Shown here one piece after another: positions 1 through 9,510 of a stretch of 64,000 nucleotides of DNA; the stretch's first letter is position 1; each line of letters opens with the position of its first letter. The stretch lies in NCBI GenBank assembly GCA_965237675.1, contig OZ250150.1:4480001-4544000 (forward strand), written 5' to 3'. Made by a program: the position numbers and the translations under genes. A model generated the notes under the pieces. It did no database searches, was not told the DNA's origin, and saw only the letters and a program-made list of their open reading frames with translations. This DNA is from Candidatus Latescibacterota bacterium. Lineage in GTDB: Bacteria; Latescibacterota; UBA2968; GCA-2709665.

Positions 1-453
1 ACGCTGGGCACGCGGCGGCAGACGGTTACGACTTCGGGCGTCACTGGCCTCAGACTCCAGAGGCGCGCCCGACTACGCGTCACCATCCCGCGATCCGTTG
101 CGCGCCTCAACCTCTGGCTGGAAAGCACCGGCGCCCGCTCCCCGGTTCGCCAGAGCGGGGGCCGCGCCGTTGGCTTCGATCTCCGGCTCCAGCGAAAGTC
201 CCACCTTCGCGCGAACCTCTGGCTCTCCCTGTTCAACGTCGACCACTTCGATTCACGCATCTACAACTTCGAACCCGATGTCTGGGGAGGCAGCCGGTTG
301 CAGCTCCTGTCCGGCAGAGGCCGTACGGCTGGCGTCCGGCTCACCTGCGCCGGGTCGCGCCTCCGCGTTTCCACACGATACGCGATTAAGACGACCCAGA
401 ACGGTCCGTCGAACAGCTGGTCCTTACAATTGGAACTCGGTACGGCCAAATAA
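1..453 (+). CDS. C-terminal part of a ComEA-like helix-hairpin-helix/outer-membrane protein (partial, starts upstream of window)
   Basis: Frame +1 is open from base 1 to TAA at 451-453. It contains FNVDHFDSRIYNFEPDV, resembling the conserved F.TD.YDSRIY.YE.D motif of this family. It is absent from the ORF track because the start lies outside the window. Confidence 0.6.
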   Translation, partial: TLGTRRQTVTTSGVTGLRLQRRARLRVTIPRSVARLNLWLESTGARSPVRQSGGRAVGFDLRLQRKSHLRANLWLSLFNVDHFDSRIYNFEPDVWGGSRLQLLSGRGRTAGVRLTCAGSRLRVSTRYAIKTTQNGPSNSWSLQLELGTAK

Positions 454-665
454 CACCCTCCAGCGCGGCCCTCGACCCACAGGAGCCCACCCGCCAGGTT
501 CTCGAGATCTCGATCCGCCCCCGACGCGGACGCCATCTCACCTGTTACCCGATGGTACACGGCCGTTGAATCCGAGCGCCATTTTTCCCTTTCTGATGTC
601 CGATTTTTTCCTTATTTTGCCCACCGATTCGTCGTGTCTATTTCACGACAAAAAGGAGGGTTTAG

Positions 666-979
666 ACGAACGCCATAGCGCTGCTCGATGAATTCATCGG
701 CACGGTCGCACTGGTTTTTGTGGGCGTAGGCGCCATAGCGGCAGACCATATTACCAATGGGGCCTCCGGCCTCACCGGAATCGCCCTTGCCCATGGTATC
801 CCACTCGACGTGATGGTCAGCGCCACGGGAGCCATCAGCGGCGGCCACGTGAACCCCGCACGCCACCTCGGCCTTTCCCTGCCCGGCGGAGGGTTGGAGA
901 ACCTCTGGGTTTACTGGGTTGGCCCTCTGCCGGGAGGCGCCTGGCAGGCATCGTTTACGCCAGGGTGCTGGAGGAATAA
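666..979 (+). pseudogene. Aquaporin (MIP family) pseudogene with internal deletion
   Basis: SD AAGGAGG then ACG in place of ATG. Reads EFIGTVALVFVGVGA...GIALAHG...ISGGHVNPARHLG...NLWVYWVGPL.GG with only one NPA. A 1-nt frameshift near 940 is needed to recover the tail LAGIVYARVLEE*. Confidence 0.85.
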
Positions 980-1129
980 ACAGACGCCCGCGGCGCGCTC
1001 GATTTTTGTTTCTTGCGATCGGCGGGCGCGTCTCACATGGACGCGTATCGCCAGAAGCCAATTGCCGGCAGCGATGCATGTCCGCCCGCCGGCAATTTCA
1101 CTTCCTTCGAAACCGTATCCAAAATCACG

Positions 1130-2167
1130 ATGTCAGACGTCCTCAGACAATTCTGGAAATCCGGTGTCGTCCTCGGTGTGCTGATCCTGGCCGGTTGCGA
1201 CCCCCGGCTGCCCGAGTCGGTCGGACCGGCGCAGGAGATCCTGGTCCTGATTGACCCGGCCGACCGGGAAAGCCTGGAATCGCACTTGAAAGAGGTATTT
1301 GAGAGAGTTCTCTATACACCACAGGAAGAGAAACTCTTCTGGCTGAAGTTCGGAAACTTGGCCGATTTCGAAAGGTACGAGAACAAGAGGCGAAAGAACA
1401 TCCTGATTGTGGCCACATTGGACGATCCGCACCCCACCGCTGCCTTTCTGAGGAACATTCTGAGTCCCGACGTGCAAGATGCCGTGCGCCGGAACCGGTC
1501 CGCCGTATTCTGGAAAGAGGACATCTGGGCAAAGGAACAACTCCTCATGGCGGTCTCGGGCAACGACCGCGCGGGCCTCGTGGAAAACCTTCGGATGGAA
1601 ACGGACCGGCTCTACGATCGGGTCGAGGCGGCGCGCAACAAGCGGATTCGCCAGTTGATCTATCGATATGGCGAACGGAAGGACGTTACGGAGCGCTTAG
1701 GCCGCGAATTCGGTTGGGAGGTGCGCGTCGCCTTCGGGTACCGCATCCTGGAGGCCGATCCCGACAGTGGATTTGTCGTCTTGACCAAGGAGGAACCCAA
1801 CCGGTGGCTGTTTGTCTACTGGGAGGACGGTATTGCCCCCGACCTGCTCTCAGATGAATGGTGCATCCGGAAACGCGACAATATCACGCAGAGGTTTTTC
1901 GATCAGGACCGGATTGCACAGGACTACCTGGAAATTGGCCAGGCCGAGTTCGCGGGCAACCTGGCGTTTGTCCTGCAGGGCCTGTGGGAGAACAAAAGAA
2001 AATGGGCCGGGGGCCCATTCAAGAGTTACGCGTTTGTGGATGTGGAAACCAATCGGTTTTTCTACATCGACTGCGGGGTTTATTCGCCAAATAAGCGCAA
2101 AGAACCCTATCTTCGCCAGATCGACCTCATGGCCCAGACTTTCAACCAGGTGGATTCGACGCCCTGA
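1130..2167 (+). CDS. DUF4837-family lipoprotein
   Basis: Lipobox LAGC after a hydrophobic stretch; C-terminal GLWE...GGPF.SY motif. The ATG at 1130 is preferred over the ORF-track start. Confidence 0.75.
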   Translation: MSDVLRQFWKSGVVLGVLILAGCDPRLPESVGPAQEILVLIDPADRESLESHLKEVFERVLYTPQEEKLFWLKFGNLADFERYENKRRKNILIVATLDDPHPTAAFLRNILSPDVQDAVRRNRSAVFWKEDIWAKEQLLMAVSGNDRAGLVENLRMETDRLYDRVEAARNKRIRQLIYRYGERKDVTERLGREFGWEVRVAFGYRILEADPDSGFVVLTKEEPNRWLFVYWEDGIAPDLLSDEWCIRKRDNITQRFFDQDRIAQDYLEIGQAEFAGNLAFVLQGLWENKRKWAGGPFKSYAFVDVETNRFFYIDCGVYSPNKRKEPYLRQIDLMAQTFNQVDSTP

Positions 2168-2170
2168 GCC

Positions 2171-2199
2171 TTGATTTTCATTCGAGAAGAAGGTATAAT
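2171..2199 (+). promoter_or_regulatory. Sigma70-type promoter
   Basis: TTGATT-N17-TATAAT upstream of the DUF502 gene. Confidence 0.65.
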
Positions 2200-2253
2200 T
2201 CGGGACGGGAAATAACCAATCGGACGTCGCACATCCTGCGGAGACGGGGATCG

Positions 2254-2964
2254 ATGGGTAAGCAAGATCGACTTTCGAATCTGGGCAAACGCGCACGCAT
2301 GAGTTTTCGCGGCACCCTGCTTGCGGGGATCGCGCTCCTTGTGCCGGTAGCGGTCACTTTTATCGTCCTGCAGATCGTCTTTCAGTGGCTCGACGGCCTG
2401 GCCCAGCCAATGGTCAAGCGCATTTTTCAGACCAAAGACGATGTCTTCGGACTGGGCCTGGTCCTGACGCTCATCCTGATCTGGCTGGCCGGTTTGCTGG
2501 CCAGCAATGTATTTGGCAAACGCCTCATCGGCATAGGAGACGTTCTGATCAAACGTCTTCCGGTCATCGGCAGCATCTACGGTCCGGTAAAACAATTCAT
2601 TGAATCGGTTGTTTCACCGAACGAAGACAGGGGTTTCAACCGGGTCGTGCTCGCGGAATACCCCACCGAAGGGCTGTGGATTCTGGGTTTTGCAACCGGA
2701 GATATTACGATGGACGCGGAAGGCCAAATGGGTTGTTGCGTGTTTATTCCAACTTCACCCAATCCCGCCACCGGCTGGACGGTGGTGTTCCCGCCGGAAA
2801 AAGTACGGAAGGTATCGCTCACGGTCGAAGAGGCGATGCAGATGATCGTCTCAGCCGGAGTTGTCATTCCGGATGCGCTGAAAGTCACGTCCGTGGATAA
2901 GCCCGCCAACCCGCTTCTGAACCTGCCCACGGTTGCCGACCAATCCGACCAGGCACACACATAG
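2254..2964 (+). CDS. DUF502 domain membrane protein
   Basis: Two N-terminal TM helices; RLPVIGSIY, VLAEYP and VFIPTSPNPATG motifs. Confidence 0.9.
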   Translation: MGKQDRLSNLGKRARMSFRGTLLAGIALLVPVAVTFIVLQIVFQWLDGLAQPMVKRIFQTKDDVFGLGLVLTLILIWLAGLLASNVFGKRLIGIGDVLIKRLPVIGSIYGPVKQFIESVVSPNEDRGFNRVVLAEYPTEGLWILGFATGDITMDAEGQMGCCVFIPTSPNPATGWTVVFPPEKVRKVSLTVEEAMQMIVSAGVVIPDALKVTSVDKPANPLLNLPTVADQSDQAHT

Positions 2965-3084
2965 AGACGAGCCGCGGTGTTTGAACCGCTGGCTGGAAGT
3001 CACCGGGGTCGGTTACCGGCAGACGCGCCCGCCCGAATGGCTCGCCCCCGCGAAGGCGGTCGCGCCGGGCACCAAACATGTGCG

Positions 3085-3492
3085 TCAGGTCTCGAAATCT
3101 TCCACGTCTTCGAACCCCTCCGGGCCGCCGCCGTCGTTCCGAATCAGCGCCAGAATGGAGTTGTGCGGAATAATCAGGTACTTGTCACCCTCGAACTTGA
3201 TCTCCATCGCCATCTTTTTCAGGAATAGGGCATAGTCGCCAACCTGGGCCTGCATCGGCAGGTACTTGGGTTGGTCGGGTACGCTCCTCCGCCATGGCTC
3301 ATCGTCTCCGTCGTGAGGCTGCGGAAGCGGCATCCCTGGGCCCGTCAGTATGATCCGCCCGCCCTGAACCTCCTCCTTTTCGACAACCGTCTGCGGTAAA
3401 TACAGGCCCACCTCGGTACGTTCCTGGAGGTCCTCCTGTTTGACCAGGACCCGATCGCCCACAATAATCAGTTGTTTATTTCCCATTTTCAT
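3085..3492 (-). CDS. GroES/Cpn10-family co-chaperonin (orphan type with internal insertion)
   Basis: VGDRVLVK...RTEVGLYLP...G.I...GPG...QVGD...YLII. Likely start MKMGNK at 3492; the ORF-track extension runs through the tRNA. Confidence 0.85.
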   Translation of the reverse strand: MKMGNKQLIIVGDRVLVKQEDLQERTEVGLYLPQTVVEKEEVQGGRIILTGPGMPLPQPHDGDDEPWRRSVPDQPKYLPMQAQVGDYALFLKKMAMEIKFEGDKYLIIPHNSILALIRNDGGGPEGFEDVEDFET

Positions 3493-3526
3493 AGGACAGT
3501 CCTCTGTAGCGTCGGTATCGTGTGAG

Positions 3527-3612
3527 TGCCGGAGGCCGGACTCGAACCGGCACGGGCTTATCGGCCCGGGGGATTTTAAGTCCCCTATGTCTACCAATTC
3601 CATCACTCCGGC
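3527..3612 (-). tRNA. tRNA-Leu (anticodon TAA)
   Basis: GCCGGAGTGATGGAATTGGTAGAC...GGGGACTTAAAATCCCC, long variable arm, GGTTCGAGTCC...CTCCGGCA; CCA not encoded. Confidence 0.95.
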
Positions 3613-3622
3613 ACCGTATTCG

Positions 3623-3651
3623 AAAATAGCTAACGGCCCGCGCGTTGTCAA
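3623..3651 (-). promoter_or_regulatory. Sigma70-type promoter of tRNA-Leu
   Basis: TTGACA-N17-TATTTT ending about 10 nt before the tRNA. Confidence 0.75.
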
Positions 3652-3730
3652 GTGGGATTATCCGTTCATCCTACTCCCAAAAAAAACAACGACTAATCTT
3701 TATAAGACAGTCGTGTAACCACCGTTCAAA

Positions 3731-3805
3731 TGGAGGCGGCGGGCGGATTCGAACCGCCGAATCGGGGCTTTGCAGGCCCTTGCCTTACCACTTGGCCACG
3801 CCGCC
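3731..3805 (-). tRNA. tRNA-Cys (anticodon GCA)
   Basis: GGCGGCGTGGCCAAGTGGTAAGGC...CTGCAAA...GGTTCGAATCC...GCCGCCTCCA. Confidence 0.95.
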
Positions 3806-3820
3806 TCGCTCTAAGAATTG

Positions 3821-3849
3821 AAAATACAATACCTGCGCCCCCTTGTCAA
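3821..3849 (-). promoter_or_regulatory. Sigma70-type promoter of tRNA-Cys
   Basis: TTGACA-N17-TATTTT upstream of the tRNA. Confidence 0.75.
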
Positions 3850-3884
3850 GCCTCTCGCACACGTCATCGGGAATTCCGTCCCGC

Positions 3885-4529
3885 TTACCGGCTCGCCCAT
3901 ACCATCCCCCGCCTCTGAATCTCGCGCGCTTCCGGCACCCTGAAATCCCGTGCCACGTGCCCAAGTGATGAGTAGAACACCCGCCCCCCGCCCCACATCC
4001 GCTTCCAGACGACCGGCATCACGCACCCGTTCACCCAGGGCGCCACCGTGGTCTGGAATGTCGTCGTCGCCAACACGCGGTTGGACGGATCCACGTGCAT
4101 ATAGTACTGCTCCGAATGCATCTTGAAATCCTGAATCCCGAGGGTAATCGGATCTTCACGATCCACGACGTTCACCTCGTAGTCGATCACGCCGCCGGGA
4201 TGCGCCACCCACTGGCCGCCAACCATAAATTGATATTCCGTATGTTCGCGGAATGCATCCGCCATTCCTCCGTGCCATCCGGCAATGCCCACGCCACCCC
4301 TGATGGCTGCCAGCAGGCCCTTCGCCGGATCCCTTTCGATGGCGCCCATCGTCCAGACCGGTACGACAAGACTCAACTCCGCCATCCGTTCCGCGTCCAG
4401 ATACACGTCCATTGTATCCGACAGCGTCACGTCGAAACCCTCGTCGGCCAGGATCGGCGCGAAGATGTCCACGCACTGTCTGGGTTCGTGCCCCTGCCAG
4501 CCGCCATATACCATCAACGCTTTCTTCAT
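3885..4529 (-). CDS. ThuA domain-containing protein
   Basis: [33 protein letters not shown] and [10 protein letters not shown] motifs. Confidence 0.9.
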   Translation of the reverse strand: MKKALMVYGGWQGHEPRQCVDIFAPILADEGFDVTLSDTMDVYLDAERMAELSLVVPVWTMGAIERDPAKGLLAAIRGGVGIAGWHGGMADAFREHTEYQFMVGGQWVAHPGGVIDYEVNVVDREDPITLGIQDFKMHSEQYYMHVDPSNRVLATTTFQTTVAPWVNGCVMPVVWKRMWGGGRVFYSSLGHVARDFRVPEAREIQRRGMVWASR

Positions 4530-4605
4530 GTTGCCCCTCTCGTTATCACGTTTGAAGAAGCCATACCCGTTGTCAACCGACGATGCCCCGCGTCGCGGTT
4601 ACGCT

Positions 4606-4962
4606 TTACTCCAGAGCGCGGCGCCAGGCGTCTTCCCTGAATCCAACGAGACCGGCATCCTGCGTCAGCAGAAAGGGCCGCTTGACCAACATCCCGTTTT
4701 GCGACAGGAGGCCCACGGCTTCCTCGGTAGTCATTGTGTCCAGGCGATCCTTCATCTTCAATTTTCGATACAGCTGACCCGAAGTGTTGAAGAGCTTCCT
4801 GATATCGCCGTTGTAGTGGTTGAGCATGGCCCACAATTCCGGCTCCGAGGGCGGGGTTTCCGTGATTTCACGTGACTTGTATTCGATGCCCAGATCGTCC
4901 AGGAATTTGATCGCCTTGCGACAGGTACCGCATTTGGTATACTGATAAACCTCCACGGCCAT
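4606..4962 (-). CDS. ArsC/Spx-family (arsenate reductase-like) protein
   Basis: YTKCGTCRKA, LFNTSGQLYR and MLVKRPFL motifs; start MAVEV at 4962. Confidence 0.9.
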   Translation of the reverse strand: MAVEVYQYTKCGTCRKAIKFLDDLGIEYKSREITETPPSEPELWAMLNHYNGDIRKLFNTSGQLYRKLKMKDRLDTMTTEEAVGLLSQNGMLVKRPFLLTQDAGLVGFREDAWRRALE

Positions 4963-5041
4963 GGTGAATTTCCTTTGTGAATTGAGAACGAGCGCCTCAG
5001 GGGTCGGGGCCGCCAGGTCGTAGATTGTCTTCCGGTCCCGA

Positions 5042-6289
5042 TCAGGACCAGCCGCGCACCATGTACGCCTGGAGTGCGCCGCTTTCGTCGGAATTGAAGA
5101 AGCCGGAAAGTCCGTCCGGCGCCAGGAAGGGGTGGATGTGGGTATCCTTTCGCCACGACGACCCGGGACTCGCGACCTTCGTTGCACTCGACAACGCGCC
5201 GTGCGCCTCGCCGGGCAGATCGAACAGCCATACCGCGCCGCCCCCGTCCCTCGGGCCTGCGTCCGTAATCAGGCGGTTACCGTCGACGTCCGTGGCGAAA
5301 TGGTAAAAATCCGGCGCGTCGACGGCGCGGGACAGGTCGTTGCGCCATCCCTCGGGAGTCCGGCTGCCGCAGTGGCCGGCGTGCGACGCCGCCCGACCGG
5401 AAATGAGCTGCCTTTCGTCCGGTTGGCGCGTGGACGTGCTCGTGATCGCAATATCGGACTGACCCTGCCAGCATTGGTGCCCCTGGCAGAACTCGTTCCC
5501 GTCCCGGCCCCACGGAAAGTCCCGGAGCGCCGTTCCATCGTCCCGGATCAGGTGGATATCGGCGCCCCGTCCGCTGACGAGTTTTTCCAGCCTGCCATCG
5601 GGGGACGTGACGTTTCCGTGGTTCTCCTGAATCATGATGTCGCGGGAGGCGTCCGGCTCGGTCTGCCGCGTGTACTGGGGGTGGATATTGCACCAGGTCG
5701 GGCCGTGAAAGACCAACCGTACGGATGGCTCGTCGATCTCGAAGACAAGCAGGCCCCACGGCGCGCCTTCGGTTTGGCCGTCGCCCAGGAATCCGGATAT
5801 GGCGATTCGCCTGCCGTCGGATGAAATGGTCGAGAGCGGATACGGACGGCTGAGCCGGAAATCCGTGCCCGGGACGGCGTGATCCAGGACATAGATCACC
5901 TCGCGGTCCGACCCGTCCAGTCTCACCCGTTTGAGCGTGAGCGGCCCCGGGTGCGCGGGGTCCGTTTCATCGACGAAGTAGTAGAGCCAGTCGCCGTCGG
6001 GTGAGATGGAGGGCGCGGTCGTTCCCAGTTCGGTCGTGAGGGGCGCCATACGGCAGTGATCTTCCACGTCGCAAATGAGATACCTGTGTTCAGGGTCCAC
6101 GGGGTCGGAGCCATGCGGATGCGCGGAGCGGTGGAGAACCAGTCGCCGCGAATCGGGCGTGAAAATCTGCGCTTCCATGTAAATGTGCGACGACGGAATC
6201 GACTCATCCGTAAGCTGGATGACCTCCAGGTTGTCCCTCTCGGCCCGGGGAACGAGTTCAGGTCTGATTTTCAAAAAACTACCCCCCAT
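5042..6289 (-). CDS. Oligogalacturonate lyase/TolB-like beta-propeller protein
   Basis: VIQLT..., FTPDSRRL, SPDGDWLYY and C-terminal HIHPFLAPDG..FFNSD.SG..Q.Y. Confidence 0.65.
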   Translation of the reverse strand: MGGSFLKIRPELVPRAERDNLEVIQLTDESIPSSHIYMEAQIFTPDSRRLVLHRSAHPHGSDPVDPEHRYLICDVEDHCRMAPLTTELGTTAPSISPDGDWLYYFVDETDPAHPGPLTLKRVRLDGSDREVIYVLDHAVPGTDFRLSRPYPLSTISSDGRRIAISGFLGDGQTEGAPWGLLVFEIDEPSVRLVFHGPTWCNIHPQYTRQTEPDASRDIMIQENHGNVTSPDGRLEKLVSGRGADIHLIRDDGTALRDFPWGRDGNEFCQGHQCWQGQSDIAITSTSTRQPDERQLISGRAASHAGHCGSRTPEGWRNDLSRAVDAPDFYHFATDVDGNRLITDAGPRDGGGAVWLFDLPGEAHGALSSATKVASPGSSWRKDTHIHPFLAPDGLSGFFNSDESGALQAYMVRGWS

Positions 6290-6485
6290 TACTACCCTTA
6301 TTCCCGATAAAACGCCAGCGCGCACCCGGCCCTCGCCCGCTGCAAGCCACATCGCCGGAATTCTTTAGCTTCGCCAGGAGGGTGCGAATCCACTCGCGGC
6401 CAACGCCGGGGCAGTCGCGTTCCAGGTCGCTCAGGCGGAATTCGCCCGACTGGGCGCGGATGGCGGCGAGTACATTGATGAGCAT
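6279..6485 (-). pseudogene. C-terminal winged-helix remnant of a Fic-family protein
   Basis: VLAAI...FRLSDLERDCPGVGREWIRTLL..LK..G...C.GRGPGARW matches the C-terminus typical of a Fic subfamily; the Fic catalytic domain is absent. Confidence 0.6.
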
Positions 6486-6905
6486 TTATGGTGAGCGCCG
6501 CTTGAACTGCCAGCGTTTTACGTCCTCAAATCGGTCAAAGTCCTTGTCAAATGTCGCCACATGGTCGCCGGATGCCGCAGCCAAGGCAGCCAGGTAGCAA
6601 TCCAGAAAGTCGCACTTGGTCGTCTCAAATCGATACAAAGCATCGAGCATTTCATCTCGCTTCATACAGCGTATGCCGGCACTGATGATGACCTTACGCA
6701 GCCCTTCGGCAATCTGTTCGCGCTCGGTTTTGTAGAAGGAATTGAGCACCCACACCGCTTCTGCAACAGTCACTTCGGTTAATATCAGCACACATTTTCC
6801 ATCGCAAGCGTCCGAAAACAGTGCCCGAGCGGCCGGGGAGTGCTGAGCATCGTCTCCGCGCAGAAAACGGAGGAGGACGTTGGCGTCTAAAAGATACTTG
6901 ATCAT
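6486..6905 (-). CDS. vapC: PIN-domain (VapC-type) toxin
   Basis: LLDANVLLR, EAVWVL, DFLDCY and TFDKDF PIN acidic motifs. Confidence 0.9.
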   Translation of the reverse strand: MIKYLLDANVLLRFLRGDDAQHSPAARALFSDACDGKCVLILTEVTVAEAVWVLNSFYKTEREQIAEGLRKVIISAGIRCMKRDEMLDALYRFETTKCDFLDCYLAALAAASGDHVATFDKDFDRFEDVKRWQFKRRSP

Positions 6906-7144
6906 TCGTATCTGGCCGCTCTTTCCTGGCGCGCGGCTTCTCGTTCCTCGGATTTGGACGCAGAGGGCTTGCCATCTGCAAGACAGCCATATAAGTCCTT
7001 GAGCGTTTCGGGCTGGGGCTTCACCAAAACGGCGCCGTCAGCCAACTCATAGATGAGCTGCTGCCGAGGCTTGAGGTGGAGTGCCTTGCGGACTTCGGCC
7101 GGGATGGTGGTTTGCCATTTATCGGTTAGAGTTGACTTAATCAC
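6902..7144 (-). CDS. AbrB/MazE/SpoVT-family antitoxin
   Basis: STLTDKWQTTIPAEVRKALHLKP; GTG at 7144 preceded by AAGGAG; ATGA overlap with the toxin. Confidence 0.9.
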   Translation of the reverse strand: MIKSTLTDKWQTTIPAEVRKALHLKPRQQLIYELADGAVLVKPQPETLKDLYGCLADGKPSASKSEEREAARQERAARYE

Positions 7145-7176
7145 CTTCCATCTCCTTTTCATTGTTTTTTTGAATC

Positions 7177-7198
7177 CATTGTGATAAATATAACAATG
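7177..7198. promoter_or_regulatory. Palindromic operator of the TA operon
   Basis: CATTGTGATA-AA-TATAACAATG near-perfect inverted repeat overlapping a TTGCGG-N17-TATATT promoter on the minus strand. Confidence 0.55.
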
Positions 7199-7364
7199 CA
7201 AATTCAAATCCGCAAGGCGTCCGGATACTCCCGGATAGCCTCAATCGTAGATTCCGTTTCGCTGTGACCGGTGCGGGCGGCCGGTTTTTGTAGCCGTTGT
7301 CCGTGCAATCGTCAGGATCAGGATCTAAAGGTGAACAGCCGCCTGTGCAATGATCGCTTTCAGT

Positions 7365-7952
7365 TCAACGACGACGCGATCCAACGAGACTCTTGAATTG
7401 CAGGACGCCTTTGGCCGGAGCGTTGATCTTCAGCATACGTTCCGGACTGTCGTTGGAACCGGATTTCGGTGAATTTCGTGTTTCTTTTTTGTTGATTCCG
7501 ATATTTTTGACGCTGACGAAACGTTGCTGATAGTTCTTTTTTTCTAGGAATCTCGACTCTTGCCAGAATTCTTGACCGATGGCGCGGCAGTAGGCAACAA
7601 CGCACTGTGCCCCTCTCAGTTGATTCTCGATTTCACTGACCAAACCTGTATTTCCGCGTTTCATCTCTATATATACAATCCAGTTTACATTCTTGTCACT
7701 AGCGATAAGCACATAATCGGCCCGTTTGCATTCTCCCTTGGTGTCTCTGAAAATCCCATCTGGAGGCGGAAAAGCATCAGCTTTGAATGCGAAAATTTCG
7801 TCCGGCAAGTTGCAAATCTTTAGGGAATATGCCGGTTGGTGTCGGTTGCCAGGTTCCTGAAGAACGATAACCTCTTTTCCATATTGATACTCGACCGAGG
7901 CCATTGTCTCATTCCGGATCAAATCTCGCAAAATATCAATGTCGCAAATCAT
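7365..7952 (-). CDS. Putative PD-(D/E)XK nuclease partner of ABC ATPase
   Basis: KRADYVLI...IVYIEMK motif followed by a helix with QL; ATGA overlap with the ATPase. Confidence 0.55.
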   Translation of the reverse strand: MICDIDILRDLIRNETMASVEYQYGKEVIVLQEPGNRHQPAYSLKICNLPDEIFAFKADAFPPPDGIFRDTKGECKRADYVLIASDKNVNWIVYIEMKRGNTGLVSEIENQLRGAQCVVAYCRAIGQEFWQESRFLEKKNYQQRFVSVKNIGINKKETRNSPKSGSNDSPERMLKINAPAKGVLQFKSLVGSRRR

Positions 7953-9343
7953 TCATCTCCACCCCACACAATGGCTTCTTGAATCTCGTTCATTTTACTA
8001 ATGGTATCGTCGAAACTACCTGCCCCGATGCCCAATTCCGGGTCAATCGCCGCAGGCACGAGCGTGGGTCGTCGACTTCTTCTGGTGTTATTCCCTAACA
8101 TCATTAACGCTTTTTCGGCTATGTAAACCCTGATCTTATCAGCAGACAACAACTCTTCGCTCTTGTAGCCTTCGCGGTGTGCGATTTCCTTCAGATACGG
8201 CTTGTCCTGATTCAACATAATCAGGGTATTGAGTTCTTTCACGATATAGTCGCTGTGCGTCGTCACGAAAACTCGGATACCCATATTCACCAGCCGAGCA
8301 AAGATCCGAGCGATGCGCCGCTGATTCTCCGGATGCAGGTTCAATTCCGGCTCATCCACCATCAACAAATCACCCGGTTTGGCAACATGGCGCAAATAAA
8401 AACCAATGTCCAATAGGGATCGTACCGCACTGGAACTCTCGTCCATTGTCAGCTTGATTTGTTTGCGTGCCGGCCTGAAATAAATCGTGTCATCACTCCC
8501 CGCGACGTATTCGCCTCCGATGATGTCGGCGAAATCTTCCAAGATTTGCGGATGTTTCTTGGCAAGAAAGCTGTCCTCTTTGGCGACGTCTTCAAGTTGT
8601 CGAATAAAATCGACATTGACTTCCACCGGCAATGGATAGTCCTGGTACGACTTGAATAACAGTTCTAATGGATTGACCTTTTGATCCGACCGAATCATCT
8701 CTTTCAGCAAACGGTTACGTGCAAAATTCAGTTCCTTGCGAAAAATTGCCGCGCCTGTACGCTCCGTGCTAGCGATAAATGTCTGGGGGAAAAACCGGTC
8801 GAAGAGTAATTCTACAATCCCGTCTGATATTACTTCCTCAATCATACTCTCGGGCAACGCGCTCCTCCGCTTCTCCATCAAAAGAGAAATGACTATGTCG
8901 TTTTCCCCTTCAGCCTTTGACAATAAAAGAAGATCGTCTTCGGCAGATCTTATTGTTCGCTTATACGTACGACTCTTTATTGAAGATATCGTCTCCGTTT
9001 CTATGGACACCTGAAATTTAGTGTCTTTAAAACGGCCGGGTTTCGAAGCAAAGATTTTCGGAAGACGGCTCGTGTATTCTATGCATCCCTGTTCAAGAAT
9101 GTGTTTCGCTTCCTTTGCATAGGACTCGACATTCAGCCGCGTTACGCCGTCCCTAAGTAGCTCCTGAACGGTACTGCTGTTAACCGTAGCGTGGAGTAGG
9201 CGTTCCCAACGCCACAAAAAGCCGAATAGGGCATACGTCGCGTAGGTCTTTCCCGTATTGTTGCTGCCACAAATCAGCGTCAACTCGCCCAGTTCGAATT
9301 CCGCCTTTTTGAGTACGCCCAAATTCTCCAACTCTATTTTCAT
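7949..9343 (-). CDS. ABC/AAA_15-type ATPase (defence-associated class)
   Basis: Walker A GSNNTGKT, signature-like SSSAVRSL, Walker B LMVDEPELNLHP, H-loop TTHS. Confidence 0.9.
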   Translation of the reverse strand: MKIELENLGVLKKAEFELGELTLICGSNNTGKTYATYALFGFLWRWERLLHATVNSSTVQELLRDGVTRLNVESYAKEAKHILEQGCIEYTSRLPKIFASKPGRFKDTKFQVSIETETISSIKSRTYKRTIRSAEDDLLLLSKAEGENDIVISLLMEKRRSALPESMIEEVISDGIVELLFDRFFPQTFIASTERTGAAIFRKELNFARNRLLKEMIRSDQKVNPLELLFKSYQDYPLPVEVNVDFIRQLEDVAKEDSFLAKKHPQILEDFADIIGGEYVAGSDDTIYFRPARKQIKLTMDESSSAVRSLLDIGFYLRHVAKPGDLLMVDEPELNLHPENQRRIARIFARLVNMGIRVFVTTHSDYIVKELNTLIMLNQDKPYLKEIAHREGYKSEELLSADKIRVYIAEKALMMLGNNTRRSRRPTLVPAAIDPELGIGAGSFDDTISKMNEIQEAIVWGGDE

Positions 9344-9510
9344 GATATACCTCGATTGTTGGCTTTCCTCCTACGTTCCGGAGTAGATTACAACGTCCGA
9401 CCCGCCTCCCCTTCAGGCACCTCCGCGTTAGACGAGGCAACCGTCGTGGGCTGCCGAATCCCCGTTTACACGCCTTGAGTTGTCTTTACCAATGTCAATC
9501 ACGCACAGAA

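Noticed and set aside
444-520. CCAAATAACACCCTCCAGCG resembling the start of an attC site
   Set aside because: No matching GTTRRRY arm or palindrome; it simply overlaps the stop codon of the first gene
3527-3805. tRNAs as the integration site of the defence island
   Set aside because: Three ordinary genes separate them from the island, their 3' ends point away from it, and no duplicated tRNA 3' end or integrase was found
3493-3918. ORF-track extension of groES to 3651 and ORFs 3440-3718 and 3730-3918
   Set aside because: They are translations through the tRNA genes
9385-9433. attC-like GTCTAAC...GTTGTAA on the minus strand between two island genes
   Set aside because: Too short, lacks internal L-box symmetry, no integron integrase and no second site
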